Shown: piece after piece, positions 14,597-28,764 of the stretch
Position numbering within the stretch: the first letter of the stretch is position 1
Layout of the letters: every line of letters starts with the position of its first letter
Origin: Eledone cirrhosa
Lineage: Eukaryota
Direction: 5' to 3'
Assembly (NCBI GenBank): GCA_964016885.1
Contig: OZ024752.1
Coordinates: 48,732,001 to 48,796,000, forward strand
Length of the DNA: 64,000 nt
Translations under genes and position numbers: made by a program
Notes under the pieces: model-generated
The model's database searches: none
The model's input: only the letters and a program-made list of their open reading frames with translations
Told to the model about the DNA's origin: nothing

Positions 14597-15385
14597 TGGA
14601 TGGTGATGGCGGTGGTGGTGGTGGTGGTGGTGGTGGTGGTGGTGGTGGTGGTGGTGGTGGTGGTTATGGTGGTGATGGTGGTGGTTATGGTGGTGATGGT
14701 GGTGGTGGTGGTGATGGTGGTGGTGGTGGTGGTGATGGTGGTGGTGGTGGTGGTGATGGTGGTGGTGGTGGTGGTGGTTATGGTGGTGATGGTGGTGGTT
14801 ATGGTGGTGATGGTGGTGGTGGTGGTGGTGGTGGTGGTGGTGATGGTGGTGGTGGTGGTGGTGATGGTGGTGGTGGTGGTTATGGTGGTGATGGTGGTGG
14901 TTATGGTGGTGATGGTGGTGGTGGTGGTGGTGGTGGTGGTGGTGATGGTGGTGGTGGTGGTGGTGATGATGGTGGTGGTGGTGGTGGTGGTGGTGATGAT
15001 GGTGATGATGATGGTGATGATGGTGGTGGTGGTGGTGGTGGTGATGGTGGTGGTGATGATGGTGGTGGTGGTGGTGGTGGTGGTGGTGATGGTGGTGATG
15101 GTGGTGGTGGTGGTCGTGGTGGTGGTGGTGGTGGTGATGGTGGTGGTGATGGTGATGATGGTGATGGTGGTGGTGATGGTGGTGGTGGTGGTGGTGATGG
15201 TGGTGGTGGTGGTGGTGGTGGTGGTGATGATGGTGGTGGTGGTGATGTGGATGATTACAAAGATAACAATGATGAAACGAAGATGATGATGTGATCTTTG
15301 TGATAATGATTATGATGATGATGATGATGACAATCTTTGTGAGGACAATGATGGGGATGGTGATGATGATGATGATGATAATAAT
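14597..15385. repeat. (GGT)n/(GAT)n trinucleotide tract; similar tracts at 17657-17878, 18012-18445, 19740-20775, 41335-41592, 45350-46582, 55345-55640, 58898-59628
   Basis: Direct reading; source of the poly-H/G/V/M/S/T pseudo-ORFs. Confidence 0.95.
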
Positions 15386-15794
15386 TGTTTCTACTATTGG
15401 CACAAGGCCGGCAATTACCCCAGTGCATTACTGGTACTTTATTTTATAGACCCCGTAACGATGAAAGGCAAAGTCAACCTCAGCGGGATTTGAACCCAGA
15501 CCGTAAAGGGCCGTAACTCTATGCTGAAAAGCATGGCGTCCAACCGTCTAACGATTCTGCCAATCCAAATAATGGTTTTTGTGATGATGATGATGATCTT
15601 TGTGATGACAATAATGATGATGATGATGGTGATGATGATGACTATGATGATGATGATGATGATGATGATGGTGGTGATGATGATGATCACATTGGTAGTG
15701 GTGATGGTGTTATATCCATGTTAGTATTTATGTTAGGATATATCAAGTTAATCGACTGTTGTGTTTGCCAAGTACTGTGAGTGAGTGGCCGTGA

Positions 15795-15828
<34 letters not shown>

Positions 15829-15943
15829 AGGTCCAAACACAAAGGAACCAAACTCCCACTGTCACTGACTGTCACTTCCACTCTCCCCATCTCTCACTAT
15901 TATGAGCAAATGGGGGCCCAAGTGCTGGCTTCCCCGTGGCCTC

Positions 15944-16480
15944 AGCGATACTTTGTAGCAATACTTTGTAGCGATACTTTGTAGCGATACTTTGTAGCGA
16001 TACTTTGTAGCAATACTTTGTAGCGATACTTTGTAGCGATACTTTGTAGCGATACTTTGTAGCGATACTTTGTAGCGATACTTTGTAGCGATACTTTGTA
16101 GCGATACTTTGTAGCGATACTTTGTAGCGATACTTTGTAGCAATACTTTGTAGCGATACTTTGTAGCGATACTTTGTAGCGATACTTTGTAGCGATACTT
16201 TGTAGCGATACTTTGTAGCGATACTTTGTAGCGATACTTTGTAGCGATACTTTGTAGCAATACTTTGTAGCGATACTTTGTAGCGATACTTTGTAGCGAT
16301 ACTTTGTAGCGATACTTTGTAGCGATACTTTGTAGCGATACTTTGTAGCGATACTTTGTAGCGATACTTTGTAGCGATACTTTGTAGCAATACTTTGTAG
16401 CGATACTTTGTAGCGATACTTTGTAGCGATACTTTGTAGCAATACTTTGTAGCAATACTTTGTAGCGATACTTTGTAGCA
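15944..16480. repeat. 13-bp minisatellite (AGCGATACTTTGT)n, about 41 units
   Basis: Direct reading; occasional G>A variant agcaatactttgt. Confidence 0.95.
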
Positions 16481-16520
16481 AAAAATGCAGGGTTAGTGAG
16501 GTCAGAGCACAAATTTTTAA

Positions 16521-17391
16521 CCCTTTAGCATTCACATACCATTTACATTACTCTATATCTACTATTGTATTTTCACAGTAAAGGCTTTACCTCACATAAT
16601 ATCTCACATAACATTTACATTACTCTATATATACTATTGTATTTTCACAGTAAATGCTTTACCTCACATAATATCTCACATAACATTTACATAACTCTAT
16701 ATATACTATTGTATTTTCACAGTAAAGGCTTTACCTCACATAATATCTCACATAACATTTACATTACTCTATATATACTATTGTATTTTCACAGTAAAGG
16801 CTTTACCTCACATAACATTTACATTACTTTATATATACTATTGTATTTTCACAGTAAATGCTTTACCTCACATAATATCTCACATAACATTTACATTACT
16901 CTATATATACTATTGTAATTTCACAGTAAAGGCTTTATCTCACATAATATCTCACATAACATTTACATTACTTTATATATACTATTGTATTTTCACAGTA
17001 AATGCTTTACCTCACATAATATCTCACATAACATTTACATTACTCTATATATACTATTGTAATGTCACAGTAAAGGCTTTACCTCACATAATATCTCACA
17101 TAACATTTACATTACTTTATATATACTATTGTATTTTCACAGTAAATGCTTTACCTCACATAATATCTCACATAACATTTACATTACTCTATATATACTA
17201 TTGTAATTTCACAGTAAAGGCTTTACCTCATATAATATCTCACATAATATCAAATCTATGACATTTTGATACTATTTATTTTGAGAACAATACCTTAACA
17301 ACAGCATGAGCATCCAACTACCTACAGCCGGTTTGAACAGAAAGAGGTGAGAGAATTCTGTTCGGATACGGTTGGTTTAAATACTAAAGGG
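16521..17391 (+). mobile_element. piggyBac-type MITE with internal 72-bp tandem expansion (about 10 units)
   Basis: TTAA|CCCTTTAGCATT ... AATACTAAAGGG|TTAA. Internal repeat acatttacattactctatatatactattgtattttcacagtaaaggctttacctcacataatatctcacata. Confidence 0.8.
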
Positions 17392-17661
17392 TTAAATCAA
17401 GTGATAACCTCATTATTGACTTGTACCTGGTTGACAGAATATTTGAACATGGCTTGCACCCCCCTCACTATTCAACTATACTAACAAGTATTCAATACAT
17501 GGCAAGCATTTAATCTGTTCCCTCTTCATTTCCTTGTGTTTTCTTTTAAATAAACAAAGACAAATTTGTAGGTAGGAGACAATAGTTTATAGAATTGACA
17601 CCAATACACTGTTAGCTTATTAAATTATGGTGAACCCATAAAAATGTACAGCTACTAGTGT

Positions 17662-17696
<35 letters not shown>

Positions 17697-17711
17697 ACAG
17701 TAGTAGTAGTG

Positions 17712-17830
<119 letters not shown>

Positions 17831-18214
17831 GATGGTAGTAGTAGTAGTATTGGTAGTAGTAGTAGTAGTAGTAGTATTGAAAGATTTCATAATTTAATCA
17901 ATTATTATTAAAATTTAAAGGTTATCTCCCCTGCCTGTTTTCACCAGAATTAGTCACTGAGATAAAGGCTGTGGGCCCAACTTAGCGTCTGATGTACCGA
18001 TGTCACCTCCATTGATGATGGTGATGATGATGGTGATGGTGATAATGATGAAGATGATGATGATGCTGATGATGATGACAATGATGATTATGAAGACGAT
18101 GGTGATGGTGATGAGGACGAGAAGAAGGAGGAAGGTGGCGCTGTTGCAGATGTTGATGATGATGATGATGATGGTGACGATGATGATGGTGGTGATGGTG
18201 ATGATGATGGTGAC

Positions 18215-18257
<43 letters not shown>

Positions 18258-18300
18258 GTGGTGATGGTGATGATGGTGGTGATGATGATGGTGATGATGG

Positions 18301-18332
<32 letters not shown>

Positions 18333-18355
18333 GTGGTGATGGTGATGATGGTGAC

Positions 18356-18411
<56 letters not shown>

Positions 18412-18656
18412 CGCTGATGATGTTGATGGTGATGATGATGATGACTGCCATGAAGAATTATGTCTGATACATCTAAAAGTACAAATCCACCATCAACTTC
18501 CATTTACTTGTGTCTCTATATCTACAGTGATGGAATTTTAAGGATTTCACTTACATATATATATATTAACTACTTTTCCCATCTTGACGTTATAGTCGCA
18601 TATATCTTATAGAATGCTGTTAGCTTCTTGCTAAAACAATCTCTATACCTCTCATT

Positions 18657-18693
<37 letters not shown>

Positions 18694-18755
18694 ATTTATA
18701 TATATATATGTGTATTTATATAAGTATATATATGTGCATTTATATATATATATAT

Positions 18756-19105
18756 GGAGGCACATGGCTCAGTAGTTAAAGCATTGGTCTTGCAATCGAA
18801 AGGTTGTGAGTTCAATTCTCAGACCGGGTGATGTGTTGTTTCCTTGAGCAAGACACTTTATTTAACATTGCTCCAGTTTACTCAGCTGTAGAAGTGAGAT
18901 GATAGGAACTGGGGTCCCTATCATTCCACTGCAAAGTGGTCGTGGAGGTGCCACGGCAAAAAAAGCACCCAGCACTCACTGTAAATGAGGTTGGTGTTAG
19001 GAAGGGCATCCAGCTGTAGAAATCAAGCCAGAATCAGTTCCCGTCCCACCCTTGCAAGCAGGGAAGGAAAAGCGGACGTAAAATGAAATGAAATGAAATG
19101 AAATG
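18756..19105 (+). mobile_element. tRNA-derived CORE-like SINE, family A
   Basis: Pol III A/B boxes (tggctcagtagtt; gagttcaattctc), CORE-like ccttgagcaagacacttt, (AAATG)n tail; near-identical copies elsewhere in the window. Confidence 0.85.
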
Positions 19106-19164
19106 GTATGTGTGTGTGTATTTATATATATATATGTGCATTTATATAAATATATATATATATA

Positions 19165-19222
<58 letters not shown>

Positions 19223-19316
19223 TATATATATATATTTATATAAATGCACATATATATATATATAAATACACACATTTCATTCATTTCATTTCATTTTACA
19301 TATATATATATATGTA

Positions 19317-19361
<45 letters not shown>

Positions 19362-19398
19362 ACATTTGTATGTATGTATATATGTATGTGTGTATGCA

Positions 19399-19441
<43 letters not shown>

Positions 19442-19852
19442 ATGGATGCATGTAGATATATGTGTGTATGTATGTGAGTATGTGTATATATTATATATAT
19501 ATATATGTATGTGTGTATATATATATATATGTGTGTGTGTATATATATATATATATATGTATGTGTATATATATATATATATGTATGTGTATATATATAT
19601 ATATGTATATGGGTGTGTGTGTTAAAAATGTAATATTTCAATGTAAATTAAATTTATTTTTTATCTATAAGAAGCTCTAATCACTATGACAACATCAACA
19701 TTTTGTTGGACTAATACAACTTTTAGTGATGCTCCTACCACTACTACTACTACTACTACTAGTAGTAGTAGTAGTGGTAGTAGTAGTAGTGGTAGTAGTA
19801 GTAGTAGTAGTTGTGGTAGTGGTAGTAGTAGTGGTGGTAGTAGTAGTAGTAA

Positions 19853-19884
<32 letters not shown>

Positions 19885-19904
19885 GTAGTGGTAGTGGTAG
19901 TAGC

Positions 19905-19939
<35 letters not shown>

Positions 19940-19949
19940 TGGTAGTAGC

Positions 19950-19987
<38 letters not shown>

Positions 19988-19997
19988 TGGTAGTAGC

Positions 19998-20041
<44 letters not shown>

Positions 20042-20078
20042 CAGTAGTAGTAGTAGTAGTAGTGGTAGTGGTAGTAGC

Positions 20079-20116
<38 letters not shown>

Positions 20117-20117
20117 C

Positions 20118-20149
<32 letters not shown>

Positions 20150-20150
20150 C

Positions 20151-20182
<32 letters not shown>

Positions 20183-20210
20183 CAGCAGTAGTAGTAGTAG
20201 TAGTAGTAGC

Positions 20211-20255
<45 letters not shown>

Positions 20256-21204
20256 CGGACTACTACTACTTTCTAACATAGACGCAAGTTTCGTATCTAT
20301 AGGGAGAGTGGTATATATGAAACCATTTCTTACTGCTGCTGCTGCTACTACTACTACTATTATGACCAACATCATCATCACCACCACCACCACCACCACC
20401 GCCGCCACTACCACCATCGCCGCCACCACCACCACCACCACCATCACCGCCACCACCACCACCACCACCACCACCACTGCCGCCACCACCACCACCACCA
20501 TCACTACTACTGCTGCATCACGTAACACCTCTACCCCAACACCATCACCACCACCACCACCATCACTGCCACTACAACACCCCCCCCCATCCACACACAC
20601 CACCACCACCACCACACTACCACCATCACTACTACTGCTGCATCACCTAACACCTCTAATCCAACACCACCACCACCACCACCACCTCCATCATCACTAT
20701 CACCATCGCCCCCCCCCCCCATCCCCACCACCATCCCTACCATCACCACTACTAGTGCTACATCGTCATCATCATCAACAACAACACGGTTTCATCATTT
20801 GTTATTTCAACTCTACCAATGTAAACATGGGTTAGATAGGTTTGCATATTTTTAGATATTACAATTGCCGCTGTTCTGCTTACTTTAGATTTTGCTGAGG
20901 TTTTACAACTAGATTCTCTTCCTCTCTTAATCACAAACTTAGTTAGGATCAGATTAAGTCATTTTAAGATCCTAAGCAATTAAAAGATTATGACACCTTC
21001 CATAAATAAGATCTGTAGGTGTGAGTCGAGGGGGGGAATGAAATATATTTAATCTGAATATAATTTGGCCCCTCTTTTCCCTTAATGCCCTACACATGTG
21101 CTTGTTTTGCTTCATGGTTAATCCAGTCCTGAACAGAGTGAAGTAGAACAGAATGGTCAGCTTATCTTATGCTCATAAGAAACATAATATATCATGCAGT
21201 TTAA

Positions 21205-21917
21205 CCCTTTAGCGTCTACATTACTCTATATATACTATTGTATTTTCACAATGAAGGCATTATCTCACATAATTATCTCACATAATATCGACTGATTGGT
21301 TAGAGAACAGGATTCGCAATCGTGAGGTTGTCAGTTCGATTCTTGGACCAGGCGATGCGTTGGGTCCTTGAGCAAGACACTTTATTTCACGTTGCTCCTT
21401 CTACCTGGAGTTGTGACCAATAGATATTAGCAATTGGAAAGACCAACTGAAACATTGTTTTCTTGGTCTGATTTGATGAAAGTTAATCGACAAATCTTAT
21501 TTTAGAACAATACACTAACATCAGTATGAGTGGCCAGTTACAGATGGTTTGAACAGAAAGGAGTGAGAGAATTCTGGTCAGATATGACCGGTTAATATCA
21601 TTCATTTCATTTCATTTTACGTCCACTTTTCCATGCTTGCAAGGGTGGGACGAGAACTGATTCTGGCTTGATTTCTACAGCTGGATGCCCTTTCTAACAC
21701 CAACCTCATTTACAGTGAGTGCTGGGTGCTTTTTTGCCGTGGCACCTCCACGACCACTTTGCAGTGGAATGATAGGGACTGGGGTCCCTATCATCTCATT
21801 TCTACAGCTGAGTAAATGTGAAATAAAGTGTCTTGCTCAAGGAAACAACACATCACCCGGTCTGCAAGGCCAATGCTCTAACTACTAAGCCATGTGCCTC
21901 CTTAATATGTTAAAGGT
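21205..21917 (+). mobile_element. piggyBac-type MITE with nested SINE insertions
   Basis: TTAA|CCCTTTAGC start. Body interrupted by a SINE head (about 21293-21398), another repeat fragment, and the SINE at 21599-21901. Confidence 0.65.
21599..21901 (-). mobile_element. SINE family A
   Basis: Reverse complement of 18756-19105 with an internal deletion; flanking direct repeat ttaatat. Confidence 0.85.
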
Positions 21918-22650
21918 TTAACCAAATTATTGTGAATTCATGTGATGTATTTTTTAAAAATCTCTTTTGCTTCTATATTTTTCATGAGAAACACTGTTTA
22001 TGATTTTCAAATAATAATTGTTTCTACTTTTGGCACAAGGCCAGCAATTACCTAGTGCATTACTGGTACTTTATTTTATTGACCCCGTAAGGATGTAAGG
22101 CAAAGTTAACCTCGGCGGGATTTGAACTCAGATTGGAAAGGGCCATAACTCTATGCATCAAAGCATGGCGTCCGAGCCTCTACCGATACTGCCAATCCAC
22201 TGAATCCAGAATTTGATAACCCTTTACCATTTACATTACTCTATATTTACTATTGTATTTTCACAATAAAGGCTTTATCTCACATAATTATCTTACATAA
22301 TATTAAATCTATGAGGTTTTGGTGTTGTTTATTTTGAGAACAATACCTTAACATTGGTATGAGTGGTCAGTTACAGCCGGTTTGAACAGAAAGAGGTGAG
22401 AGAATTCTGGTCAGATACGACCAGTTTCATTTGTTAATCTCAAGGTTGTCTTTGCTGAAAGTGTCACCATCGTTGTGTGTGCGTGTGTGTGTATGTGTGT
22501 GTGTGTGTGTGATTAAGACATCTAAGGAACCTCCTATAAAAAAGAGCAGCTTCATAGGAGCACCTGCAAAAATCTACGCAGATGTAAGCTGATCAAGCAA
22601 GTGCTCCAGCATGACTAGGGACCAATGCCTCAAACTAGTACATTGATTGT

Positions 22651-22935
22651 GGAGGCACGTGGCCTAGTGGTAAGGGTGTTGGACTTAAGATCATAATGTC
22701 GTGGGTTCGATTCCTGGGCTGTGTGTTGTGTTCTTGAGTAAAACACTTCATTTCAAATTGCTCCAGTATACTCAGCTGAAAATGAGTACCAGTAATAGCT
22801 GGTGGGGTTTAACCCTGCAATGGACTGGCGTCCTGTCCAGGGGGAGGTCTGGTACTCTCAGTCACTTCATGCCATGCAACTGGGATAAGCACCGCCCAAA
22901 TGAGCCTTCTGGCTTAAGACAGATTTTAGACTTTT
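22651..22935 (+). mobile_element. tRNA-derived CORE-like SINE, family D
   Basis: A box tggcctagtggt, B box gggttcgattcc, 3' part aaccctgcaatggactggcgtcctgtccagggg. Confidence 0.8.
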
Positions 22936-23778
22936 TAGTAATTTGATTAAATCAAGCTAGTACTCCAGCATGGCTAAGGACCAATACTTCAAATTAGTAG
23001 ATTGACTAAATCAAGCTAGTGCTCCAGCATGGCAAGAAACCAATACCTCAAACTAGTAGGAAAAAAAAAGAAAAATGAATAGTTAACATTACATTTTGAG
23101 TACAAACACTGAGAACACTAAAAAAAACAACAAAAAACAACAACAAAAGGCGAAAGGAAAACATACAAATAAACATAGTAGTTCTAAAAAACACACATAG
23201 AACCTATAAAAAAAACCATATACACTAAACAATGACTATCATGCAACATTTCATATAGTTTTGATTTTTCGCTTTTTAAATTTTATTGTTCTTTTACGTT
23301 GATTTTTTTTTATTTCTTTTTTTTAATTTTTTTTTTTAGATTTTCAAACAATGAAGATGAAGATATTCTTTTTAAAATAATTGGATTATTTTTTTTACTT
23401 TTCATCGAAACAAAACTTTTATTATTAAGGTGTACGATTTCATTTTTCTGCCGTGTATTTTTGCATATTATTATTATTATTATTATTATTATTGAAACAA
23501 ATCATTATTATTATTAATATTTCTTCTCCTCCTCCTTCCTCATTATTATTATTATTACTATTATTATTATTTTCATTATCCTTATACAATATTTTGTTTG
23601 AATATGTGTGTACTGTTTCCCCTAGATTTAGTTTTAGTTTTTATATAAAACTTCCAATAATTTTCAAAAACTTATAATCTTTTGCTATTGTCTTTAAAAT
23701 AACTTTCTTTTAAGCATGCATATATATACACACACACACACATACACATATATATATGTATTTATGTGTATATATACA

Positions 23779-23824
<46 letters not shown>

Positions 23825-25046
23825 TATATACATACAGAAGAATGCATATATAGTTTTTTGTTTTCAATATGAAGTCTTTTTTCTACCATTCTATTCTATT
23901 GTAAAAATTCTCAGTTTGCTTTCGTGCTTTCCCTCTTTCTTTCCTTCTTTGTTTGTATTTTAATTTTTTTTTGTTAATTTTTTATTTATTTATTTATTTA
24001 CTGTTTTTATATTTTATTTTATTTTATTTCATTTTTTTTTTTTTTTCGAAATCTCTTTTAGTAACATAATACTAAATATGATGAAGAACAATGCTGTATA
24101 AAGTTTTACTGATGTATGTCTAACAATTAATAACATCGGAGTTTTTCTTTGGTACAAGGAACCAACCTGACGTTATTGTCGAGAAAAATGCTAAAACGAA
24201 AAACTACAGAAAAAAAAAAAATCCTAAAACAACAACAACAATAATAACAATGACAAAAAATAAAAATAATGAAAATAATAATAATAATAATAATAACAAC
24301 AACAATAACAGAGTACAAAACTTTTGTATTGTTGTTGTTGTTGTTGCAGTTATCTCCTCCTTTCTGATTTCATCTTTTCCTTCAACAAAGCATTTTAAAA
24401 TGTTTGTTATGTTGTTTTTTTATTTGTTTAGTATGTGTTTGTGTTTGTTTTGTTGTTTTTTTGTGTGTGTTATTGCTAATTGTCAAAAGACAGCTCTGTT
24501 CTCCAGCAGTCGACTTCATTGTCTTTTTAGTTTGATATACAATTTCCAGAAGAGCTTTGGGATTGAATATCACTGTAAATATAAAATTTTCTTTTCATTC
24601 TATTTAAATTTCTCTTTCTTAATTAATTTTTTTTTCTATTAAAAATTTTTTTTTTTTATATATATATATATATATTTCTATTAAATTAAATAAAAGACTT
24701 CAGTGATAAAAAAAAGTCTCTTTTATCCCTGCATGCATGACAGACGATGATGATGCAAGCAAGAACTACCTGCTTTCAGTTTTTCATTTCTTAAGCTTTG
24801 TCAACTTTTGAAAGAAATATATAATACATTTTATTATTGACTAAGAAAACATCTATTGTACTATTTTAAAATTTATATAGTTTGTTTCTATTCTCAACTG
24901 TATTTTATTGTCATCATTTTCTCAGGATAACAATATAAAAATGTGACATTCTGTAAATTTAGATATATTTTACTATCTCTCTAAATCATATCTTATAAAA
25001 TCATGTCTTATAAAAGGAGTAGAAACAAAAGTACTTTTAAACCCTA

Positions 25047-25228
25047 ATTGGCAGTATCGGTAGAGGGTCGGACGCCATGCTTTCCAGCATAGTTACGTCC
25101 CCTTACGATCTGAGTTCAAATCCCGCCGAGGTTGACTTTGCCTTTCATCCTTACAGGGTCGATAAAATAAAGTACCAGTAATGCACTGGGTATTTGCTAG
25201 CCTTGTGCCTAAAGTAAAAACAATTATT
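25047..25228 (+). mobile_element. tRNA-derived SINE, family S; other copies 15380-15566(-), 22011-22200(-), 32206-32390(-), 32400-32606(-), 35609-35803(-), 44182-44368(+); partial 8366-8478, 14113-14238, 33163-33319
   Basis: Shared gagttcaaatcccgccgaggttaactttgcctttcatccttacggggtcgataaaataaagtaccag...ggccttgtgccaaaagtagaaacaattatt, including a B-box. Confidence 0.85.
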
Positions 25229-25280
25229 TTTACAATGTCACAAAATACTTCAATTGTGAACTCCTCATCAAATCTGTTGA

Positions 25281-25778
25281 GTCACATGGCCTAATGGTAA
25301 GGGTGTTGGGCTTATGATCACAATATTGTGGGTTTGATTCCAGGGCTGGGTTGTGTGTTGTGTTCTTAGTACTATTTGTGGAAATGAGTGGCCTAGTGGT
25401 AAGGATGTTGAACTTAAGATCATAATGTCCTGGGTTTCATTTCTGGGCTGGGTTGTGTGTTGTATTCTTGAGCAAAACACTTCATTTCATGTTGCTCCAG
25501 TATACTCAGCTGAAAATTAGTACCAGCAATGGCTGGGAGTTTAACCCTGCAATGGACTGGTGTCCTGTCCAGGGGGAAGTCTTGTACTCTCAGTCCCTTC
25601 ACACCATGCAACCAGGATACGCACCAGCTTGATGAAACTTCTGGCTTAAGACAGACTTTAACCCTGTGATGGACTGGTGTCTTCTCCAAGGGGGAGCCCT
25701 GTACTCTCAGTCCCTTCACACCATGAAACCGAGATACGCACCAGCCTGATGAACTTTCTCGCTTAAGACAGACCTTTT
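25281..25778 (+). mobile_element. SINE family D with duplicated head and duplicated 3' module
   Basis: Two tRNA-like heads (about 25281 and 25385) and two aaccctg...ttaagacagac modules (about 25541-25658, 25659-25778). Confidence 0.75.
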
Positions 25779-26274
25779 AGATGAGCAAATCTACAGGATC
25801 TTTTGAACCCTAATTTGTCTCAACTCATTCACCAACCACTTTTCTGGGTGTACTGGGTACAATCTGTAGTAACAGTAGCAATTTAGCCTGTAATTCAACA
25901 CACTTCCTGTTACTTCTTATCATAAGTTATTAAGGACAATAAGTTGGTTAAAGTGGCAAAACCTTTAACCCCCTTAATACCAAACCACCCCAAAACTGCC
26001 CAGGTTCTACAATACAATTATTACATATGGCCCGGAATGTTGGAAAGCCTCTAATCATAGGCCTGTCTACTCAGTAAGAGGTAATTTAAGGCTAAACAAC
26101 AACAGCTAAAAATGGTGCAATGCTTTTTTTTTCATATATAGGAGAATGTATGTAATGTGAATGCTTATGTGTACACACACATATATATATATTAATATAT
26201 ATACATATATATATATCAATATATATATACATATATATATATATCAATATATATATACATATATATATATATCA

Positions 26275-26346
<72 letters not shown>

Positions 26347-26416
26347 CAATATATATATACATATATATATATCAATATATATATACATATATATATATCA
26401 ATATATATATATATCA

Positions 26417-26452
<36 letters not shown>

Positions 26453-26578
26453 CAATATATATATACATATATATATATCAATTTATATATACATATTAAT
26501 ATATATATACATATATATATCAATATATATATACATATATATATCAATATATATATACATATTAATATATATATATCA

Positions 26579-26662
<84 letters not shown>

Positions 26663-26736
26663 CAATATATATATACATATATCAATATATATATACATAT
26701 ATATATCAATATATATATACATATTAATATATATAT

Positions 26737-26808
<72 letters not shown>

Positions 26809-26928
26809 TCAGAAGATCCCATAATAGGGTGAAAGCAGCAATTCTTTGCTTAAACTTTAATCTGTACTAATAATAAATATTTCCTCTATGGTTTTATATA
26901 TATATATGTATATATATATATACATACA

Positions 26929-26960
<32 letters not shown>

Positions 26961-27624
26961 CACACACACACATACATATACATTCATACATACATACACT
27001 AATATATATATATATATATAATATGCACATGCACACATTATCCATCATTTAACTCGGACAATACAATAGCTAGGACAATATATTTACAAAATACCTTACT
27101 TATGCACAATACGCACAAACAGTTTATCTTCAATAACATTCTCTTTCATCCTTGCAAAACTAAGAAACTAAAAATGTTTTATGTAAAAATATGAGTAAAG
27201 AATGGCGCAGATAAGACTAAGAAACAACTCTTTTTATCCTTTTAGTTTTTAACCTTTTATATTTATTTCCATATATTCTTATATTTTATGATAAAACACA
27301 ACGAAATGAAACACCAAAAAATATGTAATTCTATTTAGATTTTCATTTAAAGAACTCAACATTCCTGTAGAAGAAAACAAAGTTAAACAAACAAAATAAA
27401 TAAATAAATGAATAAAAATGAAAAGTGAAAGAACTATTTCCTCCCCTAATCCCACACAATCAGCCCCCTTGTCACCATAACCCAGGGTTTTGTCGACATT
27501 AACTCTCTACTTGTTCCTGCAAAAATCAGGTATTTATCTTTTTGAATAGTTTTTTTTTTCCCTTCAAATAATTTGCTGATGCCATTCATTTCATTAAAAG
27601 AAATTATACATATATATGCAGCAA

Positions 27625-27676
<52 letters not shown>

Positions 27677-27678
<2 letters not shown>

Positions 27679-28028
27679 CAAAGGAATTGTGGTAAGGAAC
27701 CAGATGGACCATAATGCACCAGAGTACTCAATACTTAGGGTAGTAGAGTGGGAAATAGGAAAAAGTATGACCCCGACGGCAGAGCTCAAGCCGTTGCGAT
27801 GGCTATTTCTGGACTAAATTAGAATTTTTAGCCTGGTGAATAAATAGCCGAACTTTTCAAAGGGGTACTTCCTTATGTAGGAAGATCGTAGTTGTTAATC
27901 TTCCCATATAAGGAAGTACCCCCTTGAAAAGTTCGGCTATTTATTCACCAGGCTAAAAATTCTAATTTTGTCCAGAAATAGCCGTTGAAACGGCTTGAGC
28001 TCTGCCGTCGGGGTCATACTTTTTGCTT
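27677..28028 (-). mobile_element. Fold-back Penelope-like pseudo-LTR fragment, longest copy of family B, in (TA)n
   Basis: Inverted arms of about 125 bp (about 27760-27888 and 27899-28025) plus a single-copy tail of about 80 nt (27677-27760). (TA)n on both sides. Confidence 0.75.
27911..28020 (+). ncRNA. Type I hammerhead ribozyme with variant U3-A8 core and long stem II
   Basis: agtac-cccc TTGAAAA(27924-27930) g.ttcggctattt...aaatagccg.tt GAAA(27987-27990) cggc[ttgagctct]gccg TC^ gggg-tca-tact. All three stems pair and there is a GUC site at 28007-28009. The minus-strand mirror copy has GAAA>GCAA. Confidence 0.7.
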
Positions 28029-28055
28029 ATATATATATATAAGGCATATATATAT

Positions 28056-28400
28056 GGAGGCACATGGCTTAGTGGTTAGAGCATTGGCCTTGCAATCGAA
28101 AGGTTGTGAGTTCAATTCTCAGACCGGGTGATGTGTTGTTTCCTTGAGCAAGACACTTTATTTCACATTGCTCCAGTTTACTCAGCTGTAGAAATGAGAT
28201 GATAGGGACTGGGGTTCCTATCATTCCACTGCAAAGTGGTCGTGGAGGTGCCACGGCAAAAAAGCACCCAGCACTCACTGTAAATGAGGTTGGTGTTAGG
28301 AAGGGCATCCAGCTGTAGAAATCAAGCCAGAATCAGTTCCCGTCTCACCCTTACAAGCAGGGAAAAGCGGACGTAAAATGAAATGATGATGATGATGATG
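28056..28400 (+). mobile_element. SINE family A
   Basis: Full-length copy with (GAT)n tail. Confidence 0.85.
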
Positions 28401-28409
28401 ATATATATA

Positions 28410-28567
28410 CAGGTATGGCTGGCTGGTTAAGGAGTTCAGTTTGCAACTATTAGTTTCTGGGTTCAGTCCTGCTACGTGGCACCTTAGTCAAGTGTCTTCT
28501 ACTATAGCCTCAACTTCACCAAAGCTTTGAGAGTGGACTTTGGGAGATGGAAACCACAGAGGCCCGT
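28410..28567 (+). mobile_element. Degenerate tRNA/CORE-like SINE of another family
   Basis: tggctggctggttaag...gggttcagtcc...caccttagtcaagtgtcttctactatagcc. Confidence 0.6.
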
Positions 28568-28764
28568 TATATATATATATTTGTATATCTGTGTCTTAGT
28601 TTACATATGTGTTTATATTTATTTGGTTGTGATGGTTGCTGTAGTACTAGAGGTGGAGTCTTGTAGTAAATGCAGTGGTAAATATTGATGGTATGGTATG
28701 GTATGGTAGGTATCTCGTTAAACTGAGGTGTTGGTAGGTAGTAGAGCAGTGAAGTGGTGGAATG

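Noticed and set aside
18756-18830. tRNA genes at SINE heads (also 22651, 28056, 32661)
   Set aside because: A/B boxes are present but run straight into SINE bodies; I could not build a complete cloverleaf.
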